Assembly: GCA_048882485.1 (NCBI GenBank)
Contig: JBHLRP010000047.1
Coordinates: forward strand, 1-26,263
DNA length: 26,263 nt
Origin: Candidatus Thorarchaeota archaeon
Lineage (GTDB): Archaea > Asgardarchaeota > Thorarchaeia > Thorarchaeales > Thorarchaeaceae
Direction of reading: 5' to 3'
Positions within the stretch are counted from its first letter, which is position 1. Each line of letters begins with the position of its first letter. Positions 9,780 to 18,064 of the stretch are shown in pieces. Made by a program: the position numbers and the translations under genes. A model generated the notes under the pieces. The model did not search any database. It was not told the origin of the DNA and worked only from the letters and a program-made list of their open reading frames with translations.

Positions 9780-10043
9780 TTGTCAGAAAAGAAACGAAGA
9801 ATAGCACAAATAGTGAGAGATGTCATCTACGGTATGGCATTTCATGGCATGGCAAGATATGCTCTAAAGACACGGATGTACCTTGAAAACCTGTTTATGA
9901 TTTTAACACACGGTGATATGCTAGGTATACCGATTCTTCCTCCCTATTATTCATTAAAGCTCCTGCCTTATGCGGTTCCTAATATCAGAAATTGGCAGCG
10001 ATCACTGTTCAAGGAACGTGACTTCACAGACGCGCTATATTGA
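9780..10043 (+). CDS. Small CstA/ArsA-associated protein, paralog of 15058..15345
   Basis: TTG start after GGTGAGG; 60/71 residues identical to 15058..15345 over the core. Confidence 0.88.
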   Translation: MSEKKRRIAQIVRDVIYGMAFHGMARYALKTRMYLENLFMILTHGDMLGIPILPPYYSLKLLPYAVPNIRNWQRSLFKERDFTDALY

Positions 10044-10181
10044 AGTCAGCATGTAGATGCTCAAAACAGGAGCACTTCTTACGAGGACTTGAGTTCCACG
10101 CACATTGCTTGACATATAATAAATGCCAAATAGGGGTGTTTCGCTATCCCTTAATCTAGAAGAAGAGCACGAGGGAATAAT

Positions 10182-10592
10182 ATGGATCGTGATCAGCTTG
10201 TGAAATTGCTTGACAGACAGATAGATGTCGAAGACAGAGCCATCAAGGCATATGAGGATGCAATGGCGATGATAGGGAATTTCGCGTTCAGACTCATTTT
10301 TGAAGGGCTCTTAATGGACTCCAAGAAACATAAGAGGATATTTGAAGTCCTCAAGGAGAACATTCTTCTTCCTCCATCTGATTGGGATTTAGCTGTGAGT
10401 AAGAAAATTGGGGAATATGTTTCCCCCATTGAGCTTGAAAGGCATATCAAACTAGAAGAGGGAATGATTGAACTAATCAAGAAGAATGTCAAATCAGTGG
10501 ATGACGAAACAGTCCGAAGCCTTCTTGAGCATGTTCTTGAGGATGAAAAACGTCACCATTCAGTCATAAAGAAGCTCATCGCCCAGCTATGA
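10182..10592 (+). CDS. Ferritin-like / rubrerythrin-family four-helix-bundle protein
   Basis: Duplicated pattern E..AI..Y...DSKKH and LEEGM...EDEKRH. Confidence 0.8.
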   Translation: MDRDQLVKLLDRQIDVEDRAIKAYEDAMAMIGNFAFRLIFEGLLMDSKKHKRIFEVLKENILLPPSDWDLAVSKKIGEYVSPIELERHIKLEEGMIELIKKNVKSVDDETVRSLLEHVLEDEKRHHSVIKKLIAQL

Positions 10593-10790
10593 ATTGCCAT
10601 ATCTATTCAAAAGAAAAGATGGTCCGGAGGCGTTCTCATTCTATAGGGTAGGACATTTCTGATTTCAGGATCTGAAGGGTGGGAAATAGAAGCCGCAATC
10701 GCACTTACACTTGCTAGGAATCGAGCAAACATAAACCGATGAACTGAACCGCTTTTGATTCAAGAGATGGAGCCGCTAGCAGCTACAATA

Positions 10791-11339
10791 CTATCGGTCG
10801 AAGAAGACACTCTTTCCAGTTGCAGACAGCGGAATGCAAAGAATAATTGGACAGTCAGGCATCAATTTCATCTTGTGAGCTGCAGCACCAGCTCGATAGA
10901 AAATTCGGTTATCCACATTGTGAATCTGTGCCGTCTTGACTGCGCTCCCCAATGCAATACCGAGGTCAAGCGCCTTAATTGTGCAGATGGGTCCCACATA
11001 TGCTGCTCCTTTCTTCTGCTCAGCTTTTGAGAAATCAGAACAGGTTTCATGACCGCAAGCGCCACAGTTGACTCCCACGGACTTGAAGCCCTTCAGTCCC
11101 AGAAGAACAAGTGCCGATGATTGCTCCACGTTTATTGCATCTCGAATATAATGCTCTCCGTATTTTTCCGCCATTCCCCTCATCTCTTTAGCAATCTCGT
11201 CTTTCTCCTTTCCAGTAAGAATAGCGGTTTCAATGTCATCTTTGCCTGCGGCCTTGGGAGCAGTCCTGGCCGCGAGAAGCATAAGACGTGCTACATCAAT
11301 TACTGCCTTGCTCTCTTCATCCAAGCCTGAGATACGCAT
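10791..11339 (-). CDS. DUF2148 / COG4739 ferredoxin-domain protein
   Basis: AARTAPK..G.D, NCGACG.ETC, C...ALDLGIALGSA, NVDNRIFY, IPLSATGKSVFFDR. Confidence 0.88.
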   Translation of the reverse strand: MRISGLDEESKAVIDVARLMLLAARTAPKAAGKDDIETAILTGKEKDEIAKEMRGMAEKYGEHYIRDAINVEQSSALVLLGLKGFKSVGVNCGACGHETCSDFSKAEQKKGAAYVGPICTIKALDLGIALGSAVKTAQIHNVDNRIFYRAGAAAHKMKLMPDCPIILCIPLSATGKSVFFDR

Positions 11340-11400
11340 GATATCACCGGATGTCTGGTTTATATCGGCAACCTATAGCCTTTGCCGTGGACCAACCAAA

Positions 11401-12327
11401 CTAGGTTCTTATTCCCAGATTCACTTTGTTTATGGCATCGAGGCATGTAAAGATGAAGTCATTAGTCGGAGTGGAAATGTGAAATTCACGACCTAGACGC
11501 ACCACTGCTCCGTTTAGGATATCAATTTCAATTCTCCTCTTATTCATCAGGTCGCGATACATGGAGGGTCTTATGTCAGGATTAAGACCGAGTGAGAAAT
11601 TCATTAGTTTATCCAGAACATCATCAGACAATGAAACACCCTTTTCTCTGGCAATCTGAATTATCTCATTCATTGTGCTCTCATACAGATGCCTTGTTCC
11701 TTCAAAATCTAATATTGGCCCCACAGGTAATCCTGTCAAGCTACAGAGACCTCCAACTGCACAAATGAATGCGAATTTCTCCCACTCCTCAGAAACGATA
11801 TTCTCTGATAGGCTTGCATTTATTCCGGCTTTTTGGAATACTTCAAGAAGAAGCTTCCCTCGACCAGATTTCCTCCCATCTATCTCACCAAAGGCAAGCC
11901 TTTCTAGTCCTTCATGATGGATTATCCCAGGAGCTTCAATGTAAGCGCTCAAAGCGCATAGACCGCCCATGATATTTGCAACACCAAAAATGCGGCCAAG
12001 TGTTTCCTCCTTCTCTACACCATTCTGCAATGATATGACGATAGTGTCTTTTGTCACTAATGGTTTAATCCGATTAGCAGCTTCTATTGTGTCGTAGCCC
12101 TTGACACAGAAGAGGAGCAGATCAACTGGATCAATCTCTGAGGGATTATCAGTCGCTACAGGTTGAACTGTGAAATCACCCTTTGGACTCCGAATCTGTA
12201 ACCCGTTCTTCTTGATTGCCTGAAGATGCTCTCCTCTAGCAATGAAAACAACATCTTCACCAGATTTAGCCAGCAATCCTCCGAAATAGCCACCAACGCC
12301 GCCTGCACCCATAATAGCAATTCGCAA
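11401..12327 (-). CDS. panE: 2-dehydropantoate 2-reductase (ketopantoate reductase)
   Basis: IMGAGGVGGYFG, CVKGYD, SLQNG, WEKF, PSMYRD, IEIDILNG. Likely TTG start at 12327. Confidence 0.92.
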   Translation of the reverse strand: MRIAIMGAGGVGGYFGGLLAKSGEDVVFIARGEHLQAIKKNGLQIRSPKGDFTVQPVATDNPSEIDPVDLLLFCVKGYDTIEAANRIKPLVTKDTIVISLQNGVEKEETLGRIFGVANIMGGLCALSAYIEAPGIIHHEGLERLAFGEIDGRKSGRGKLLLEVFQKAGINASLSENIVSEEWEKFAFICAVGGLCSLTGLPVGPILDFEGTRHLYESTMNEIIQIAREKGVSLSDDVLDKLMNFSLGLNPDIRPSMYRDLMNKRRIEIDILNGAVVRLGREFHISTPTNDFIFTCLDAINKVNLGIRT

Positions 12328-12465
12328 TTGACAGATCAACCCCAGCAGTGAGTTGATGGATTAGAGGACCTCACTCTCTTAAGTATGCTTAACAGAAACA
12401 CATCGGTTTCTCGTCTAGTTGAATTGCAATGGAAAATCCTTGTTTCTCAACAAGGAGTATCTTTC

Positions 12466-12825
12466 CTACGGCATCACATGTCGCTCAGATGAAATGAATG
12501 CATCAATCATTCGGCAAGAAGGACAACCGTAGCTTTGGTACTCAGTACCTGCGAGAGCACCTACCATCATCTTCTCTAAAGCTAATACAAAGCCTGATTT
12601 CTCATTTAGAGTCAGATCGTAGCCAGAGCTCTTGGAAATCTTGCTTAATTCTGATACCTGCTTGAAGAAGGCGTCATTACTCATCGAGAACATGAAATGA
12701 AAAACATTAGCGTTCTTCACATGATCCCGAAGGTGAACGACTGCATAGCCATCAGTAGTATCATGCTTCTCGCGATACCGTATATCAATACTCAGGATAT
12801 CCTCAGGTCCAACCATAATTCCCAT
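12466..12825 (-). CDS. Hypothetical protein with C-terminal CxxC
   Basis: ATG at 12825 after AAGGTG; GCPSC near the C-terminus; fills the intergenic gap. Confidence 0.6.
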   Translation of the reverse strand: MGIMVGPEDILSIDIRYREKHDTTDGYAVVHLRDHVKNANVFHFMFSMSNDAFFKQVSELSKISKSSGYDLTLNEKSGFVLALEKMMVGALAGTEYQSYGCPSCRMIDAFISSERHVMP

Positions 12826-12987
12826 TTTAAGACACACCTTTTTTCCAAAGTTGGCATAGTGAATATTGCTTTAAAAGTTAACTATAGTGATATATTCTAG
12901 GCGAAACCGCATATCATGAGATTCACTATATCCCAAATTGCGTGTCTTTTCCTATTCAATGCGGAGCCAGAACGATCCACTGATTGG

Positions 12988-13998
12988 TTATTCAGGATTG
13001 AAAGTTAGCATGTCCTGACAGAACCTCTCAATGCCCTCCACACCTGCCACTTCAGAGGGGTATAGAGGCACATATGCGTTGACCATATCTCCGAGCTGCT
13101 CGCTAATCATATCCATATATCTAGTCTGCTGAAGATAGCTGTTCTTCATGTAATCAGTCGCATCTTCATCAGCGGCCTTTTTCGGAATGATTCTATTTAC
13201 AAACACTCCTCCTACCGGTATATCGAAAGCTTGCACCATCTTGATGAACCGTTGCACAACAGCAATTGGAAGCGCTAGCGGAATCGTCACAAATACGAAT
13301 GCAGTCCTCTCAACATCACTAAGTATCTCTTTTGCCCGCTGATTCTTCTGGTGTTGACGCAAGAGGTCGCCCAGCATGGGATCACTCTTCACCTCTTCCG
13401 CAATCTTATCCTTTCTGAAAGAGAGCTGCACTCGAAGGGATAGAGCCTCCTTTCTGCTTTCAATCATACGACTGAGCCAAAGGTCGTAGATTTTACTGAG
13501 ACCAAGTAGCCGAATAGCATTAGCCACTGCGGCGCAGTCAAAGACAACCACATCATATTGATCGCCTTGTTCAAGCATAATGTCGGTCATGGTGTCAAAT
13601 TGAGCAGATTCCTCAAAAGCTGGATTTGTGACGGCAATCTCAATAAATGCCTCAGGATTCACCGGAATATCAGCCCACTTGAGAAATGAAGTGATACGTT
13701 CTGTGAGCTGGTTTCGATATGTCGCCATCTTCTGTGTGATATCAACCTCAACACCCCACAAGTTCTCCGCTCCTTCAATCTTTCGGATGCCGCGTCCCCA
13801 GATGTCTTGACCATATAGAGTAGATAGTGAATGCACTGGATTCAAAGACGCAAGGAGCGTCTTTTTCCCCTTAGAAACAAAGTACTGGGCAATCGCCGCT
13901 GCACTAACAGTCTTTCCTACGCCACCTTTGCCACCGGTAAAGAAGAACTTGATATTCGGATGTTGCTTCACAAATTCCTCCCACTTTGATTCAGCCAT
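12988..13998 (-). CDS. ArsA/Get3 (TRC40) family ATPase, degenerate copy
   Basis: GGKGGVGKT deviant Walker A; SLNPVHSLS (Switch I, D->N); DCAAVANAIR (Switch II variant); VFVNR. Confidence 0.9.
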   Translation of the reverse strand: MAESKWEEFVKQHPNIKFFFTGGKGGVGKTVSAAAIAQYFVSKGKKTLLASLNPVHSLSTLYGQDIWGRGIRKIEGAENLWGVEVDITQKMATYRNQLTERITSFLKWADIPVNPEAFIEIAVTNPAFEESAQFDTMTDIMLEQGDQYDVVVFDCAAVANAIRLLGLSKIYDLWLSRMIESRKEALSLRVQLSFRKDKIAEEVKSDPMLGDLLRQHQKNQRAKEILSDVERTAFVFVTIPLALPIAVVQRFIKMVQAFDIPVGGVFVNRIIPKKAADEDATDYMKNSYLQQTRYMDMISEQLGDMVNAYVPLYPSEVAGVEGIERFCQDMLTFNPE

Positions 13999-14002
13999 TC
14001 TT

Positions 14003-15010
14003 CTAATCCTCCGTTATCTTTCCGTCCCAATTCATCATCACATCAGCGACTTTGCCAATCATCTCGAGTCCCTTTGGCTCTCTATCAAACATCGGGATTA
14101 CTGCGCACACACGCTTGCCTAGTTTCTCTTTGATCTCAACCATATACTTCTGCTGCATTTCGATGCGCTCACGAAGAAACTGACTCAGATCATCCCGCTT
14201 AAGCAGCTCTTTTGGATACACTTGATTGATAATGACGCCAGTTAGTGTGATGTCCATTTGCTCAAACATTTTCAACGCACGTTCGGTATCTAGAATTGAC
14301 ATCTTTTCAGGAGTGACAACCATATAGAACGCGGTTTTTTTGGCATCAGTAAGAATATCCTGGAAGAAGCTTAGCTTCTTCCGAATCTCTATTAATTCAG
14401 CAAGCATCTCGTCTTGCCCGGCGGCAGAAGTTCTTTGTTGCATCTGCCAAGCTGACTCGCCATATTCTTGCGCTTTCTTTCGCGTTTCTTCCATCTTCTC
14501 TACCCAGATATCTAGTATTCGAGCCATTGATACAATTCGAATGCCATGACCAAAAGGGGGCATATCAAAGACATGAAAACTATATTCATCAGAGGCGAGC
14601 AATCCAGCCATCGCATCATAAGTGGCGGATTCGTGCATAGCTGGCTCAGCCCCTGCCGCATTTATGTATTCATCAATCTCCTTGGGAATCTCATCAATGC
14701 CATACATGTCCTTGATTTGCTGTCGAATCTCTTCCTGAAAGGCGGCTATACGCTTGTCTGCGTCAATTTCCATTACGTGCAAATTCTCGGCTAGAGTAAC
14801 AGAACCCTTTCCAAAAACATCTTTCTCAAAAATGTCAGATAATGATGCTTGGGGGTCTGTACTAAAGCAAAGGATTCGTTGTCTCTTCTTTGCAAGCCAA
14901 GACGCCAATGCGGCACTGCATGTGGTTTTGCCCAAACCTCCCTTTCCAGCAAAGACCGCGATCTTTAGGTCCGGATTAGATTCGAAGAAGCTACTCATCT
15001 TTGTGGCCAA
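14003..15010 (-). CDS. ArsA/Get3 (TRC40) family ATPase, near-canonical copy
   Basis: AGKGGLGKTT, STDPQASLSD, MEIDA, DMPPFGHGIR, VVTPEKMSILDTER, IINQ; TTG start. Confidence 0.92.
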   Translation of the reverse strand: MATKMSSFFESNPDLKIAVFAGKGGLGKTTCSAALASWLAKKRQRILCFSTDPQASLSDIFEKDVFGKGSVTLAENLHVMEIDADKRIAAFQEEIRQQIKDMYGIDEIPKEIDEYINAAGAEPAMHESATYDAMAGLLASDEYSFHVFDMPPFGHGIRIVSMARILDIWVEKMEETRKKAQEYGESAWQMQQRTSAAGQDEMLAELIEIRKKLSFFQDILTDAKKTAFYMVVTPEKMSILDTERALKMFEQMDITLTGVIINQVYPKELLKRDDLSQFLRERIEMQQKYMVEIKEKLGKRVCAVIPMFDREPKGLEMIGKVADVMMNWDGKITED

Positions 15011-15057
15011 TACGATTCACCAAATTGGATATATAGCAGAGATAATGAATCACCCGA

Positions 15058-15345
15058 TCAAAAGAGAGCGTCCGTGAAGTCACGTTCTTTGAACAGGGTT
15101 CGCTTCCAGGTCTTAATATTCGGCACAGCATATGGCAGAAGCTTAAGTGAGTAGTATGGAGGAAGGATGGGAATGCCTAGCATGTCGCCTAGTGTAATGA
15201 GCATGAAAAGCTGCTCTAGGTACATTCGTGTCTTCAAGGCATACCTAGCCATACCTTGCATCGCCATACCATAGAAGAAGTCCTTCACGGCGCCTTTTGC
15301 GCCGCGACCCTGTTCAGATTCCTCGACATCCTTATCGGCGTTCAT
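15058..15345 (-). CDS. Small CstA/ArsA-associated protein (type B)
   Basis: GDMLGIPILPPYYSLKLLPY...W.R.LFKERD motif shared with the other three paralogs. Confidence 0.88.
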   Translation of the reverse strand: MNADKDVEESEQGRGAKGAVKDFFYGMAMQGMARYALKTRMYLEQLFMLITLGDMLGIPILPPYYSLKLLPYAVPNIKTWKRTLFKERDFTDALF

Positions 15346-15410
15346 ATCTCAATCCCCTTCGTTGGCAATAGGAAACCTGCTATAACTCTTTTCATCAGGT
15401 GGGGGCTTAT

Positions 15411-15671
15411 TCAATCATCCATGCAAAGGATGACGTCCTGTTCTCTTAAAAGTCGTCTCTTCCAGGGAGCCATCTGTTCAAGCATGTGCACAAAGAGCAG
15501 CCTAGAATAGAAAGTCGATTGAAATGGATAGCCCAGGAGCTCGCCGAAGATTACAACCATCGTGGCATCATCGATGTGAACCTTGGCTTTAATTAGTGGA
15601 TTAGCAAGACTGGCCTTTTGCGATTGCCAGACTCCTTCCAAGAAGTCTCTAATAGCCCTGATGACTTGCAT
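15411..15671 (-). CDS. Small CstA/ArsA-associated protein (type A)
   Basis: FGELLGYPFQSTFYSR.LF...PWKRRLLREQD; ATG after AGGAGA. Confidence 0.85.
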   Translation of the reverse strand: MQVIRAIRDFLEGVWQSQKASLANPLIKAKVHIDDATMVVIFGELLGYPFQSTFYSRLLFVHMLEQMAPWKRRLLREQDVILCMDD

Positions 15672-15794
15672 ATGACAGTCTCCTATGGTATTCGAGCTTG
15701 TTATTGCATTAGCGCAAATTAGTGTTATGGACTATCCCTATTTCAATTGAAGCGAGAAATCCTCAGGCGCCTCAGGACTGCGCCCATGTGAAAT

Positions 15795-16055
15795 CTACAT
15801 ATCAGTGAAGTCTTTTTCCTTTAGTATTCGCTTCCGCCATGGATCAATCTTGTTCAACCAGTAGATGAATAATTTTCTAGAATAGAAAGTTGACTGAAAT
15901 GGGTATCCCAAGAAATCGCCAAAGATTGTCACAATCATTGCATCATTGTGATATGTAGTAGCTTTGATGAGTGGGCGCGCAAGGTTCTCCTTTTGAGCTG
16001 CCCAGACTCCGTCCCAGAACTCTTTGAGCTTCCTGAAAGCACGCAAGTGATCCAC
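15795..16055 (-). CDS. Small CstA/ArsA-associated protein (type A)
   Basis: FGDFLGYPFQSTFYSRKLF...PWRKRILKEKD. The true start may be TTG at 16046, after GGTGG. Confidence 0.85.
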   Translation of the reverse strand: MDHLRAFRKLKEFWDGVWAAQKENLARPLIKATTYHNDAMIVTIFGDFLGYPFQSTFYSRKLFIYWLNKIDPWRKRILKEKDFTDM

Positions 16056-16110
16056 CTGGTAGCTCTGTTATCATATATTGCAGATTAGTATTATGACTTG
16101 TACTTTTTGC

Positions 16111-16144
16111 AAAAATAAAAAGAAGAAGTAGCCTTTCGGCTACT
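16111..16144 (-). terminator. Hairpin plus U-tract, terminator-like, immediately after cstA
   Basis: Minus strand: AGTAGCC-GAAA-GGCTACT followed by TCTTCTTTTTATTTTT, starting 5 nt after the cstA stop. Confidence 0.7.
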
Positions 16145-16149
16145 CTATT

Positions 16150-17931
16150 CTACTGTACTGGAGTCGATACTTCCACTGATACATCAGCTTGCTCAGGACC
16201 GCGTCTAAGTGCAGCCCAGGCGTCGGCAAAGACGAGCCATCCAAGGAAGAACAATACTATTGCGATGCCGAGGAAAGTCCAAGTCAATGCGATTGCTGGC
16301 AACGCATTGCCTCCTTGTGCTAAAACGTCTATTAGACTACCAGCTTGGGCATAATAGCCTGTGGCGCTCAGGAGGGCTTGGATGAACACCCAAGCTTCCC
16401 ATACGAGTGCCGCCTCACATGTGAAGATCATGAAGATGGCGGGAATCAGCGTATAGTATGTAGGTCTGTTAGCACGGACCAGATACACCGACGCAAGCAT
16501 GAGAGCAAGTCCTGCAAGCAGTTGGTTGCTGCCACCGAACAATAGCCATATGTGATACCAGGCGCCAGTAGCCGCGAAGATGAACGCAATTAGAACTCCG
16601 ATGAATGCTCCAATCCACTTATTTCGGAACAGAGGAGCAATCGCAGATTGCCCAGCGAGATCAGCTGCAGCCAAACGGAAGAACCGAGGCATGAGCTGCA
16701 ACACTGTAATTGCGTAGAGCTCTAGAACCATAGCAAAGAACGCAACTAAAACGATGCCGGATACAGCAGCACCACCAAACATACCTTGTGTGAGAATCGC
16801 TGCACCAGTCGGGAAGTTGGCGAACCATGCTCCTACCCTTTGTGCCTCTGGAATGACAACATATGCTGACATGGCACACATTGCAAGGACTCCTTCTAGG
16901 AACATAGAGCCACCAGCAACAGGAAGAGCATCGACCTCAGATGCGATTTGCTTTCCAGTTGCACTGCTTCCTACTAGGCTATGCCAGCCAGAAACAGCAC
17001 CACAGGCAATTGCCACGAAAAGAATTGGCCAAATAGGTCCATTTGCCTCTGTAAACAGAGTGATCACTGGATCTATCTGAACCGCGACTGGTTCTGACAC
17101 TGTCTGTGTAAGTGGACTAAGCAGAGCTCCGGCAATGATGAGTAGCACCGCTACAAAACATGGCCAGAAAGCAACGTAGTTTACTGGTTGCGCCCAGTCT
17201 GTTATTGCTAATGTAGCACCAAAGTACACAAGTACCAGGGACAGTATAATCCACCATTCTACCGGAGTATCGGCAACCCAAGCCAAAAGACCCTCTACAT
17301 AGAGCCAAATGCCCAAAACGATGCCGACAACCATGAACAGCATGCCTACAATAGTGGAGATTACAATGTTCATCTTTCTTCTATACATCATGATTCCAGC
17401 AAATGCTCCTCCAGCAATCACGAAAATTGTCGGAAGGATACTCTGTGGGAATGCTCTAAAGAACGCTCCACAGATATATGCGAAGACAGCCATCACTAGA
17501 ATCAGATAGAAGATGATGAAGCCCATCAAACCTTTGCGGGCTCGGGATCCTACCATCCGATAGGCAATCGGACCAAAGGATTCTCCCTCACTGCGCACTG
17601 TTATCATGACCGATGTGTAATCATGAATCCAACCAATGAAGAATGTGCCAAATACTATCCAAAGGAATGCTGGCAACCAACCAAATACTAATGCTATAAA
17701 CGGACCGCTAATGGGACCGAGAGCTGCAATCGATTTGAATTGGAAACCGAACAATACACTCTTTGAGGTGGGGAAGAACTCAACACCATCCATGTACATG
17801 TGCGCAGGTGTTTTTACTTTTGCATCAGGGCTCCAAACATTGCGATCTACGTATCTGGCGTATAGCCAATAGCCAAATATATAGATTACAAGTCCGACCC
17901 CGATAAATATTGCAGGTGAAAGTGTTTGCAT
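16150..17931 (-). CDS. cstA: Carbon starvation protein A (CstA) family transporter
   Basis: TPAH..DG..F.P, SIA..GPISGP, GWLPA.LWI..G..F.G..HDY, WPILFVAIACGAVSGWHSL, W.LFGGSNQLLAGLAL; strong GGAGGTGG RBS. Confidence 0.95.
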   Translation of the reverse strand: MQTLSPAIFIGVGLVIYIFGYWLYARYVDRNVWSPDAKVKTPAHMYMDGVEFFPTSKSVLFGFQFKSIAALGPISGPFIALVFGWLPAFLWIVFGTFFIGWIHDYTSVMITVRSEGESFGPIAYRMVGSRARKGLMGFIIFYLILVMAVFAYICGAFFRAFPQSILPTIFVIAGGAFAGIMMYRRKMNIVISTIVGMLFMVVGIVLGIWLYVEGLLAWVADTPVEWWIILSLVLVYFGATLAITDWAQPVNYVAFWPCFVAVLLIIAGALLSPLTQTVSEPVAVQIDPVITLFTEANGPIWPILFVAIACGAVSGWHSLVGSSATGKQIASEVDALPVAGGSMFLEGVLAMCAMSAYVVIPEAQRVGAWFANFPTGAAILTQGMFGGAAVSGIVLVAFFAMVLELYAITVLQLMPRFFRLAAADLAGQSAIAPLFRNKWIGAFIGVLIAFIFAATGAWYHIWLLFGGSNQLLAGLALMLASVYLVRANRPTYYTLIPAIFMIFTCEAALVWEAWVFIQALLSATGYYAQAGSLIDVLAQGGNALPAIALTWTFLGIAIVLFFLGWLVFADAWAALRRGPEQADVSVEVSTPVQ

Positions 17932-18064
17932 ACCTAACCACCTCCAAGGCCGAAACCCTCTCTCTCCTCGGGGATTCTCGGTCTCGGTTGCAAACGATTA
18001 GCATTGGTCCCCATTAAATACTTCGTTTTCAATTGTTTTCCTGTCTCTTCAGGATACTATATGT

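Noticed and set aside
12988-15010. Arsenic-resistance operon
   Set aside because: No arsB, acr3, arsC, arsR or arsD nearby, no clear metalloid-binding Cys set, and the context is cstA.
15058-15413. Selenocysteine read-through at the TGA stops of the small paralogs (also at 10041-10043)
   Set aside because: Sequences beyond the TGA do not resemble each other, one paralog ends in TAG, and no convincing SECIS was seen. An ortholog alignment showing Cys at this position would reopen the idea.
15758-15779. Imperfect palindrome AATCCTCAGGCGCCTCAGGACT between small genes
   Set aside because: A single short element with no U-tract and no second copy; no function can be supported.
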